From Clostridia bacterium (GTDB lineage Bacteria > Bacillota > Clostridia > Christensenellales > Borkfalkiaceae): 26,022 bases of DNA. The stretch covers positions 1-26,022 of the forward strand of contig JAIDIR010000024.1 of the NCBI GenBank assembly GCA_029052615.1, in the 5' to 3' direction. The notes under the pieces are model-generated. The model was not told where the DNA came from and searched no databases. It worked only from the letters and a program-made list of their open reading frames with translations. Shown piece by piece: positions 1 to 7,373 of this stretch; the first letter of the stretch is position 1; every line of letters starts with the position of its first letter. A program made the translations under genes and the position numbers.

Positions 1-1
1 C

Positions 2-49
2 AAGGGCGATTCTAAAGTAACCGTACCCAAAACCTATCTAAAAGAATAA
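2..49 (+). CDS. Possible 3' end of a convergent gene running in from outside the window (..KGDSKVTVPKTYLKE*)
   Basis: Frame open from nt 2 to TAA at 47-49, which runs straight into the palindromic terminator. Too short to identify. Confidence 0.25.
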   Translation, partial: KGDSKVTVPKTYLKE

Positions 50-92
50 AATAACCGCCCCGTGCGATATCGCACGGGGCGGTTATTTTATT
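45..92. terminator. Bidirectional intrinsic terminator (perfect 48-bp palindrome)
   Basis: AATAAAATAACCGCCCCGTGCGAT|ATCGCACGGGGCGGTTATTTTATT has a GC-rich core and A/T tracts on both sides. It lies 17 nt past the stop of the 110..2287 gene. Confidence 0.8.
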
Positions 93-109
93 ATCTTTAA
101 TATACGGCG

Positions 110-2287
110 TTAGCCGAGCGCCTTTTCCACTTCCTGTTTAAGTACTTCTTCCGAGCAAGGTCCCTGATTTACGAAAGTAATCTTTCCTTCCGCATTCACT
201 ATAACCGTCATGGGATAGGCGTACTTGCCGCCGAGCATCGCGTAGGTGTTAAGCTCCTGCGTGTCCTGCGCAAAGGTCAGCTTATAGCTGTTCCACGCCC
301 TGCCGTTCTTGTCCTTCGCGGTATCAAGGAAGTACTGAACGCCCGTCGAAGGCACCGCCGAATAACTGTGTATAACGAACATATCTATTGCGCCGTCGTA
401 ATCTTCGTAAACCTTTTCAAACTCGGGCAATTCCGCCTTGCAAGGGTCGCAGTCGGTGTACCAGTAATTGAGTACCGTGACCTTTCCTCGGCTTTCCAGC
501 AGCGAAACTTTTGCGCCCTCTTCGGCATTGTAACGGTCAAGCACGAAAAGCGGGCACGTATCACCCTCCTTAAACACTTTAGCCGACATAGCCGTAGTTA
601 CGCCGTTAATAACCTCATCCATGCTAAGAACGCGGTCTTTCTGCAATGTTACTCCGCCGTCGGCAGAAATAATAGCCGTTATGGGTTTAGGTACGGATAT
701 ATCGCCGCCAACCAAGCCGTAGGCGTTTGTTTCCCTATCATCCTGCGCAAATATTACGTTGTATTCGTTCCAGCCGTGTTCGTCAATAAACGCCTGCACG
801 TCGCGGTCGTCCTTGTATATGGAATGAATTGCAACGACGTCGGCAAAATCCAACTGCTTATACAGTGTCGCCAGCTCGTTTAACTCTTCCATAGCCGCAA
901 CGCTCTCTTCAAGGTCTGTTCGCCAGAAATACAACACCTTGACGCGGCGGTTATCATCGCTTACCGTAGAGTAATCTTTTTCGCCTTCGCTTGCCGCCGA
1001 TTTATAAGTGGTAACCGTTAAGTCGAGCATCGCCGCCGACTTCCTTTCGGGCAAATTATAGCAAATCAATGCGGATATAAGCACCGCAATTGCAACTACC
1101 CAGGCGACGAACTCGACGACGAAGCGCGGGCGCTTGAACGCCGCTTTTACCGCTTGCAGCCTGCCGCCCTTCTTTGCGCCTTCCGTAGCGGGCTTAACCG
1201 CCTCCTCCTGCGCCTCTACGCCCACGGCGGCTTCCTGCCCGTCCGTTGCCGTAAACTCGCTCTCAGCCTCTATATTTGCGTTCTGCGCGCTTTCCGTAAC
1301 GTTCCCCGATACTTCTTCGGGGTCGGCGCTTGCAACCGCTACGCTTGCGTTCGATTTGGCAAGCTCCAAAAGCGCAATCTTTTCACCCGACTCAACTACG
1401 GGCTGGTCTATAGGCGTCGTGTTCTTTAAGAATATCTGACTGCCCTTCCAGGTAATCGCCTGCACGGGGCAGACCGAAATACACTCGCCGCACTGAATAC
1501 ATTCGTGGTCGCCAACGTGCTTAACGTCCATTTTACAGCCCTGCACGCACAAGCCGCAGTCGATACACTTGTCCTTGTCGAGCTTGACGCCCAGCAGCGA
1601 AATTTTGTTGAACAGCGAATATATTGCGCCGAGCGGGCAGATGAAGCGGCAGAAGAAGCGGTAAATGAATACGCTTGCAACCACAATGACTACCGCCAGA
1701 CAGAACTTCCAGGTGAACAGATAGCCCAGCATACCGTAGAAATCCGAATTCTGAATGTTGGCAAGCAGGCTGACCGCACCTTCCAGAGTGCCCGCGGGGC
1801 AAACGTATTTACAGAACGAGGGTATGCCCGCGTAAATGAGCGGCACGGCAATGACGATTACCAGCAGTACGTACTTGAAATACGATAGCACGCGCGTAAA
1901 GCGGTTCTTCCTGAGCTTGGGCGTGCGGATTTTATACAGCAGCTCCTGAATAAGCCCGAAGGGGCACAAAAAGCCGCATATCAGCCTGCCCAGCAGTAAG
2001 CCGAACATCAGCAGTATGCCCAGTATGTAGGCGGGTGCGGACTTGCCGCTCTGCGCCAGCGAATCCTGCAGCGCACCCAGGGGGCACGCGCCCACCGCGC
2101 CGGGACAGGAATAGCAATTCAAGCCGGGCACGCACATCTTTTTGGTGTCGCCGGTGTAAATCTTGCCGGTGAAAAAGCCCTTTAAATTTGCGTTGGTAAG
2201 CAACGCGGCGTATAGTTGAATAAGTCTGCGCTTGGTGGGTTTGTGGGCAACGAACCAAGCCTTTACTTTACCGAAAAACTTTTTCAT
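110..2287 (-). CDS. Membrane 4Fe-4S polyferredoxin (NapH/RdxA-like) fused to two C-terminal TlpA/redoxin-type thioredoxin domains, 725 aa
   Basis: CxxxCP-type motifs near TM helices (NCYSCP..ACPLG, ICGFLCPFG, FCKYVCPAG, FCRFICPLG). Two ferredoxin motifs (CIDCGLCVQGC, CIQCGECISVCP). Acidic linker and an extra TM helix, then two thioredoxin-fold repeats; the second has WYTDCDPC and the cis-Pro motif YPMTVIV. Confidence 0.85.
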   Translation of the reverse strand: MKKFFGKVKAWFVAHKPTKRRLIQLYAALLTNANLKGFFTGKIYTGDTKKMCVPGLNCYSCPGAVGACPLGALQDSLAQSGKSAPAYILGILLMFGLLLGRLICGFLCPFGLIQELLYKIRTPKLRKNRFTRVLSYFKYVLLVIVIAVPLIYAGIPSFCKYVCPAGTLEGAVSLLANIQNSDFYGMLGYLFTWKFCLAVVIVVASVFIYRFFCRFICPLGAIYSLFNKISLLGVKLDKDKCIDCGLCVQGCKMDVKHVGDHECIQCGECISVCPVQAITWKGSQIFLKNTTPIDQPVVESGEKIALLELAKSNASVAVASADPEEVSGNVTESAQNANIEAESEFTATDGQEAAVGVEAQEEAVKPATEGAKKGGRLQAVKAAFKRPRFVVEFVAWVVAIAVLISALICYNLPERKSAAMLDLTVTTYKSAASEGEKDYSTVSDDNRRVKVLYFWRTDLEESVAAMEELNELATLYKQLDFADVVAIHSIYKDDRDVQAFIDEHGWNEYNVIFAQDDRETNAYGLVGGDISVPKPITAIISADGGVTLQKDRVLSMDEVINGVTTAMSAKVFKEGDTCPLFVLDRYNAEEGAKVSLLESRGKVTVLNYWYTDCDPCKAELPEFEKVYEDYDGAIDMFVIHSYSAVPSTGVQYFLDTAKDKNGRAWNSYKLTFAQDTQELNTYAMLGGKYAYPMTVIVNAEGKITFVNQGPCSEEVLKQEVEKALG

Positions 2288-2288
2288 A

Positions 2289-3119
2289 TCAGCCCAGCCC
2301 TATGCACTCCGTGCAGATATTTATCGCCTTTATGAATACCGACCGCGCACTGCCGTTGAGTGCGCCCCATATTATAAAGGCAACGGCTAAAACCGCGATT
2401 GCAATTCTCACGCCCAATATCACCCACTTGTTTTCGAGCGTGGTTTTTATTTTATCGATTATTGCGGGCAAGCCCGTAAGTTGCTTTTGTTCGGGCTTAC
2501 GCCCCTTGGTCAGCTTCTGTGCGGCAGGCAGCACGCGCTTTACCGCAAACTTCTGATATATCCCCGCGCCGCAGATTACTATCAGCCCCGCGAATATGCA
2601 GGGGAATATGTGCTTAGCCATGTTCAGCATTTCTTTGGTCACGTTTTCGTTGGGGAAGTTGGAGGGTATGCACAGATACACCAAGCCGTACACGGCGGCT
2701 ATACCAAACAGCGCCCACGCCGCGCATTGAAGCGCGAACACCACCTTCTTTGCCGAAGTAACCGCGTTATATTCCGCCTCCAATCCCTCGGGCGCGGAGG
2801 AGGGCATACGCTTATTCAGCCTTGCAAGCTGCAAATCGGGGCAGATTTTGCGCGGCTTGTCGGTGACGGGGAACACCTCCCACAGCACGAAGCCGACGAC
2901 TATACCCGCAATCCACAGCCAGAAAAACAGGTCTATTTTAGAGAGCGCCGCCACTACCCTTTCGCGGGAAAACGGGTGGTCGCCAGTAAAGCCCGGCGCG
3001 GTACCCGTAAGGTAGACGTCAAGCACCTGCCATATGAACAGTGCGCCCACCACTACCGTAAAGACGCCGAATATAATTCCGTAGCTCAAGCGCACGGATT
3101 TACAAGTCTTTTCCTTCAT
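2289..3119 (-). CDS. Polytopic membrane protein with a C-terminal CxxC motif (resembles the small 'CD1871A-type' CxxC membrane proteins), ~276 aa
   Basis: About 5 hydrophobic segments; ends ..SVFIKAINICTECIGLG*. I moved the start from 3173 to ATG 3119 because it has an SD (GAGGA, 3129-3125) and the upstream TTG is the promoter -35 box. The stop lies 1 nt before the ATG of the polyferredoxin gene. Confidence 0.75.
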   Translation of the reverse strand: MKEKTCKSVRLSYGIIFGVFTVVVGALFIWQVLDVYLTGTAPGFTGDHPFSRERVVAALSKIDLFFWLWIAGIVVGFVLWEVFPVTDKPRKICPDLQLARLNKRMPSSAPEGLEAEYNAVTSAKKVVFALQCAAWALFGIAAVYGLVYLCIPSNFPNENVTKEMLNMAKHIFPCIFAGLIVICGAGIYQKFAVKRVLPAAQKLTKGRKPEQKQLTGLPAIIDKIKTTLENKWVILGVRIAIAVLAVAFIIWGALNGSARSVFIKAINICTECIGLG

Positions 3120-3144
3120 AAAAATCCTCTTACAGTACGAATAT

Positions 3145-3173
3145 ATTATAACAACGGCGAGGGGCAAAGTCAA
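3145..3173 (-). promoter_or_regulatory. Sigma-A/sigma70 promoter for the CxxC + polyferredoxin-thioredoxin unit
   Basis: TTGACT (3173-3168), 17-nt spacer, TATAAT (3150-3145), with an extended -10 TG. Confidence 0.85.
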
Positions 3174-3195
3174 GAAGTATTGGCGGCGTTAGGGC

Positions 3196-3225
3196 TTGAC
3201 AAAGTTTAGTAATTGTATATATAAT
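3196..3225 (+). promoter_or_regulatory. Sigma-A/sigma70 promoter for the cysteine desulfidase gene
   Basis: TTGACA (3196-3201), 18-nt spacer, TATAAT (3220-3225): both hexamers match consensus perfectly. Confidence 0.8.
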
Positions 3226-3240
3226 TATTTGGTGCTTACT

Positions 3241-4521
3241 ATGGATAAAAAGTTATACGGCGATTACGTTAAAATTTTAAAGGAAGAGCTTTTGCCCGCT
3301 ATGGGCTGTACCGAGCCTATCGCAATTGCTTACGCGGCGGCGCTTGCGCGCAACGCTTTGAAAAAGCTGCCCGACAGAGTGGAAATAACCGTTTCGGGCA
3401 ATATTTTAAAGAACGTTAAAAGCGTGATAGTTCCCTCCACGGGCGGACTTAAAGGCGTGGTTTCGGCGGCTGCCGCAGGCATAGTTGCGGGCAGACACGA
3501 AAAGAAGCTGGAAGTTTTAAGCGACATTACGCAGGAAGATATAGAAACCATTAAGGCGTATATACCCAAGACGCAGTTTACCGTGCAGGCAAGCGACAGC
3601 GGCTGTGTGTTCGACATAGGCATACGCGTGTTCGCGGGCAACAATCAGGCTTATACGCGCATAGAAGGGCACCACACCAACGTCGTGGAAATAAGCGCGG
3701 ACGGCGAAAAGATACTTGACAGGCAGGTCACCGAGGAGCACGCCGACGACGGCTTTACCGACCGCTCGTGCCTTTCGGTCAAGCGCATTATAGAGTTTGC
3801 CGACGGCGTGGATATTGCCGACGTGGACGAAGTCATTTCGCGGCAGATTGAGTTTAACACCGCCATTGCAAAAGAGGGGCTGACCAACGACTACGGCGCG
3901 AAGGTCGGCAAGGTGCTTTTGGACAGCTACGGCAACGGCGTGCACAACCTTGCGCGCGCAACCGCGGCGGCGGGTTCGGACGCGCGTATGAACGGCTGTT
4001 CCCTTCCCGTCGTAATAGTTTCGGGCAGCGGCAACCAGGGTATGACCGCCTCCCTTCCCGTAGTGGTTTACGCAAAGGAGCTGAACGTTCCCCGCGAAAA
4101 GCTTATACGCGCGGTAGTATTATCCGACCTTATAACCATTCATTTAAAGACGGGCATAGGCAGGCTTTCCGCCTACTGCGGCGCGGTGAGTGCGGGCGCA
4201 GGTGCGGGCGCGGGCGTTGCCTATCTGCACGGCGGCGGCTTTGAAGAGATTGCGCACACCGTGGTAAACGCGCTTGCCATTACCTCGGGACTTATATGCG
4301 ACGGTGCAAAGTCGAGCTGTGCGGCAAAGATTGCCGCCGCAGTCGACGCGGGGCTTTTGGGCTACGAGATGTACCGCCGCGGCAGTCAGTTCGTGGGCGG
4401 CGACGGCATACTGTGCAGCGGGGTCGAAAACACGATTGACAACGTGAGCGACCTTGCGCGCGTGGGCATGAAGGAAACCGACGAAGAAATTATCCGCCTT
4501 ATGATTAAGGATATGTCGTAA
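3241..4521 (+). CDS. cyuA: L-cysteine desulfidase, CyuA/YhaM/CdsB family (serine dehydratase alpha-like, Fe-S dependent), ~426 aa
   Basis: Family motifs PAMGCTEPIAIA, GSDARMNGC..VSGSGNQG, LSAYCGAV and CDGAKSSCAAKI. I moved the start from TTG 3196 (the -35 box) to ATG 3241. Confidence 0.85.
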   Translation: MDKKLYGDYVKILKEELLPAMGCTEPIAIAYAAALARNALKKLPDRVEITVSGNILKNVKSVIVPSTGGLKGVVSAAAAGIVAGRHEKKLEVLSDITQEDIETIKAYIPKTQFTVQASDSGCVFDIGIRVFAGNNQAYTRIEGHHTNVVEISADGEKILDRQVTEEHADDGFTDRSCLSVKRIIEFADGVDIADVDEVISRQIEFNTAIAKEGLTNDYGAKVGKVLLDSYGNGVHNLARATAAAGSDARMNGCSLPVVIVSGSGNQGMTASLPVVVYAKELNVPREKLIRAVVLSDLITIHLKTGIGRLSAYCGAVSAGAGAGAGVAYLHGGGFEEIAHTVVNALAITSGLICDGAKSSCAAKIAAAVDAGLLGYEMYRRGSQFVGGDGILCSGVENTIDNVSDLARVGMKETDEEIIRLMIKDMS

Positions 4522-4535
4522 AAAAGAAATAAAAC

Positions 4536-4566
4536 AAAAAGCTCTCCCGAACGGAGAGCTTTTTTT
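4536..4566. terminator. Bidirectional intrinsic terminator between cyuA and the convergent protease-opp operon
   Basis: AAAAAGCTCTCC-cgaac-GGAGAGCTTTTTTT, with A and T tracts on both sides, between two converging stop codons. Confidence 0.9.
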
Positions 4567-4574
4567 ATTTCATT

Positions 4575-4826
4575 TTAACTTACCCATATCCAGGCAATAC
4601 ACCCCATAATCCCGAAAACAACAATTATGATAAGGAATACGGGCGCGTAGGCGGCGAACGCCGCGCGGACGAGCTGCCAGTATTCCTTGCGGCTGAGCTT
4701 TTGCTTGTGCGGGCGCGTGCCGTTATTCTTTTTTGCCTGCGGGTTGTACCACCTGAAGCCTTCCACGTTCATATCCGCGAAAGTCGTTTCCGTATCCAGG
4801 TCGTCCCTCTTTTTATTCTTTTTCAA
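4575..4826 (-). CDS. Small single-pass membrane protein of unknown function, 83 aa
   Basis: TTG start with an upstream GAGGA SD, overlapping the oppF stop by 14 nt. Basic N-terminus, a TFADMNVEGFRWY segment and a C-terminal TM helix (PVFLIIIVVFGIMGCIAWIW). It ends just before the terminator. Confidence 0.7.
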   Translation of the reverse strand: MKKNKKRDDLDTETTFADMNVEGFRWYNPQAKKNNGTRPHKQKLSRKEYWQLVRAAFAAYAPVFLIIIVVFGIMGCIAWIWVS

Positions 4827-6081
4827 CGTTACCGTCCTCTGTCTGTTCGGTCTGCTCCTGCGGCTGTTCCTCGGTTTTTCCGGACTTTTTAAACGCGCCT
4901 TTAACCTTGGCTACGACTTTATTAAACGTGGTAACGACCTTGACTTTCGCCTTGTTCAAAGGCTTGTTCGCCTCCTTTTCTGCGGCGATAGCTTCGTTAC
5001 GCTCGTTCTCTTCAGCCTGTGCAAGCAGTCTTGCAGTGTCCTCCTCGCTGTTGTAGAGGTGGCACGAACAGAAGTGCCCTTCCTCCACCTCCCTGTACTC
5101 GGGAGCGATGCGCGAACAGATTTCCATGCAATGCTCGCAACGGGTGTGGAATTTGCAGCCCTTGGGAGGATTGACGGGCGAGGGTATGTCGCCCTTGAGC
5201 ATAATCCTGTTCATCTTTACGTGAGGATTGGGCACGGGCACTGCCGAGAACAGCGCCTTGGTGTAGGGGTGCAGAGTGTGACTGAACACGCTTTCCTTAC
5301 TGCCGTACTCCACGATATTGCCCAGGTACATTACGCCTACGTCGTCGGATATGTGCTTGACTACCGACAGGTCGTGCGAAATGAATATGTACGTAAGCCC
5401 GAGCTTTTCCCTCAGCTCTATGAGCATATTTATGACCTGCGCCTGAATGGAAACGTCCAGCGCCGACACGGGCTCGTCGCAGATGACCAGCTTGGGTTGA
5501 AGCGCAAGCGCGCGCGCAATGCAGATACGCTGGCGCTGACCGCCCGAAAACTCGTGGGGGTAACGCTCGAAATAATGGGGCTGTAAGCCGCACATATCCA
5601 TTACCTTAAGCACGTAATCGTGAAAGCCCGCCTTGTCTACGAGGTGGTGCTGACGCGCCGACTCGCCTATTATTTCGCCGACCGTAAGACGGGGCGAAAG
5701 GCTTGCGTAGGGGTCCTGGAATATCATCTGCATATTGGGACGGAGCTTGTCGAACTCGCGGTTTTTAAGCTTTGCCACGTCCTGACCGTCGAACAATATT
5801 TCGCCCTGCACGCCGTCGTAAAGGCGGAGAAGCGAACGGCCCATAGTCGATTTGCCGCAACCGGATTCGCCGACTATACCCAGTGTTTTGCCCTTTTTAA
5901 GCGTAAAGGATATACCGTCCACCGCCTTTAAAAACTTAATAGGCTTGCCGAAAAAGTTCTTTGCGACGGGGAAGTATTTCTTTAAGTCGTTGACCTGAAG
6001 GAGAACGTCGTCGGGCATTGCGGTTTCGGCGGTCTGTGCGCTTTCGGTTTCAAGCACTTCGCCGTTTTCAGTCTTTTCCAT
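4813..6081 (-). CDS. oppF: Oligopeptide/dipeptide ABC transporter ATP-binding subunit OppF
   Basis: Walker [10 protein letters not shown]-loop FQDPYASL, signature FSGGQRQR, Walker [12 protein letters not shown]-loop ISHDL, HPYT domain with a Cys cluster. Confidence 0.95.
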   Translation of the reverse strand: MEKTENGEVLETESAQTAETAMPDDVLLQVNDLKKYFPVAKNFFGKPIKFLKAVDGISFTLKKGKTLGIVGESGCGKSTMGRSLLRLYDGVQGEILFDGQDVAKLKNREFDKLRPNMQMIFQDPYASLSPRLTVGEIIGESARQHHLVDKAGFHDYVLKVMDMCGLQPHYFERYPHEFSGGQRQRICIARALALQPKLVICDEPVSALDVSIQAQVINMLIELREKLGLTYIFISHDLSVVKHISDDVGVMYLGNIVEYGSKESVFSHTLHPYTKALFSAVPVPNPHVKMNRIMLKGDIPSPVNPPKGCKFHTRCEHCMEICSRIAPEYREVEEGHFCSCHLYNSEEDTARLLAQAEENERNEAIAAEKEANKPLNKAKVKVVTTFNKVVAKVKGAFKKSGKTEEQPQEQTEQTEDGNVEKE

Positions 6082-7369
6082 TGCCGTCCTCCTTGGTATC
6101 TTCGTACAGGTAGCAAGCCACCTTATGTGTGGGCGAAACCTGAACGTATTCGGGATATGCGCCCGCGCACTTTTCCTTGCACATTTCGCATCTGTCGCGG
6201 AAATAGCAGTAATCGGGCATATCTATGGGGTTGGGAACGAAGCCGGGTATGCAGTAAAGCTTGTCGACCTCGCCGTCAACCGTGGGTTTACTCTTTTGCA
6301 GACCTATGGTGTAGGGGTGCATGGGATGGTCGAAAATATCTTCCGCCGTGCCCATCTCTATCACCCTGCCCGCGTACATTACGACGACGTAATCAGCCAT
6401 TTCCGCAACGACGCCGAGGTCGTGCGTGATGAGCATTATCGAGCCGTTTATCTTGTGCTTGATTTCCCTTAACAGGTCGAGTATCTGCGCCTGAATTGTA
6501 ACGTCCAGCGCCGTCGTGGGCTCGTCCGCGATTATAAGCTTGGGGTTGCACAGAAGCGCAATGGCTATCATTACCCTCTGGCGCATACCGCCCGACAGCT
6601 CGTGGGGGTACTTTTTATACACGCCCTCGGGGTCGGCGATACCGACCATTTTAAGCATTTCGATGCTGTGCGCCTTTACCTGCTTTTTGGAGATGCCCTC
6701 TATGTGCAGATAGCCGACTTCGTCAAGCTGGTTGCCTATCGTGAACACGGGGTTTAAGGAGGTCATAGGCTCCTGGAAAATCATTGCGATTTCCCTGCCG
6801 CGAATAGAGCGCATTGCCTCGGTGGGCATTTTCGCTATATCTACTACCCTGTCCTCCATCTCGTAGACGTTGCCGCCCAGCTCGTTTTTCTTTATTACCT
6901 TTTTGCCCTTTTCGTCAACCTTTACGCGCTCCTCGCCGTCCACCGTTTCGGTTTCGTATACGGGGATTTTCTTGCCCTTTTCGTCGCGCTTGAAAAGGCT
7001 TGCCTTAAACCTTATCGAACCGCTGACGATCTGACCGCTGGGCGCCTGAACGAGCTGCATTAAAGAAAGCGAGGTTACGCTTTTGCCGCAGCCCGATTCG
7101 CCTACGACGCCGACCGTCGAGCCTGCCGGTATGGAAAACGATACGCCGTTGACCGCCTTTACCGTGCCCGCGTCCGAGAAAAAGTAAGTGTGCAGGTCCT
7201 CGAACTCGATAATATTCTTATCGTCCTTCATCTGCGTGGTGTATTCGTCGGGCTTGACCTTGCGCTTCTTCTGCTTCTCGTAGAAGCGTATCGCCTTGGA
7301 ATTTTCCCTGGCGATCGCGCGCGATTCCGAGCGGGATATGTAGTGTTTATTATCCTTATTTGCCGCCAT
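6068..7369 (-). CDS. oppD: Oligopeptide/dipeptide ABC transporter ATP-binding subunit OppD
   Basis: [46 protein letters not shown], and a C-terminal Cys cluster. Confidence 0.95.
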   Translation of the reverse strand: MAANKDNKHYISRSESRAIARENSKAIRFYEKQKKRKVKPDEYTTQMKDDKNIIEFEDLHTYFFSDAGTVKAVNGVSFSIPAGSTVGVVGESGCGKSVTSLSLMQLVQAPSGQIVSGSIRFKASLFKRDEKGKKIPVYETETVDGEERVKVDEKGKKVIKKNELGGNVYEMEDRVVDIAKMPTEAMRSIRGREIAMIFQEPMTSLNPVFTIGNQLDEVGYLHIEGISKKQVKAHSIEMLKMVGIADPEGVYKKYPHELSGGMRQRVMIAIALLCNPKLIIADEPTTALDVTIQAQILDLLREIKHKINGSIMLITHDLGVVAEMADYVVVMYAGRVIEMGTAEDIFDHPMHPYTIGLQKSKPTVDGEVDKLYCIPGFVPNPIDMPDYCYFRDRCEMCKEKCAGAYPEYVQVSPTHKVACYLYEDTKEDGNGKD

Positions 7370-7373
7370 TGGG

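Noticed and set aside
2268-2291. Selenocysteine or readthrough at the TGA ending the CxxC protein, fusing it to the polyferredoxin
   Set aside because: The next gene is in a different frame, an in-frame TAA follows six codons later, the TGA does not align with a Cys position, and no SECIS-like hairpin is evident.
3173-3240. ORF-track starts at TTG 3196 (+) and TTG 3173 (-)
   Set aside because: Both TTGs are the first bases of -35 hexamers (TTGACA, TTGACT), so they lie upstream of the predicted transcripts. ATG 3241 and ATG 3119 are preferred.
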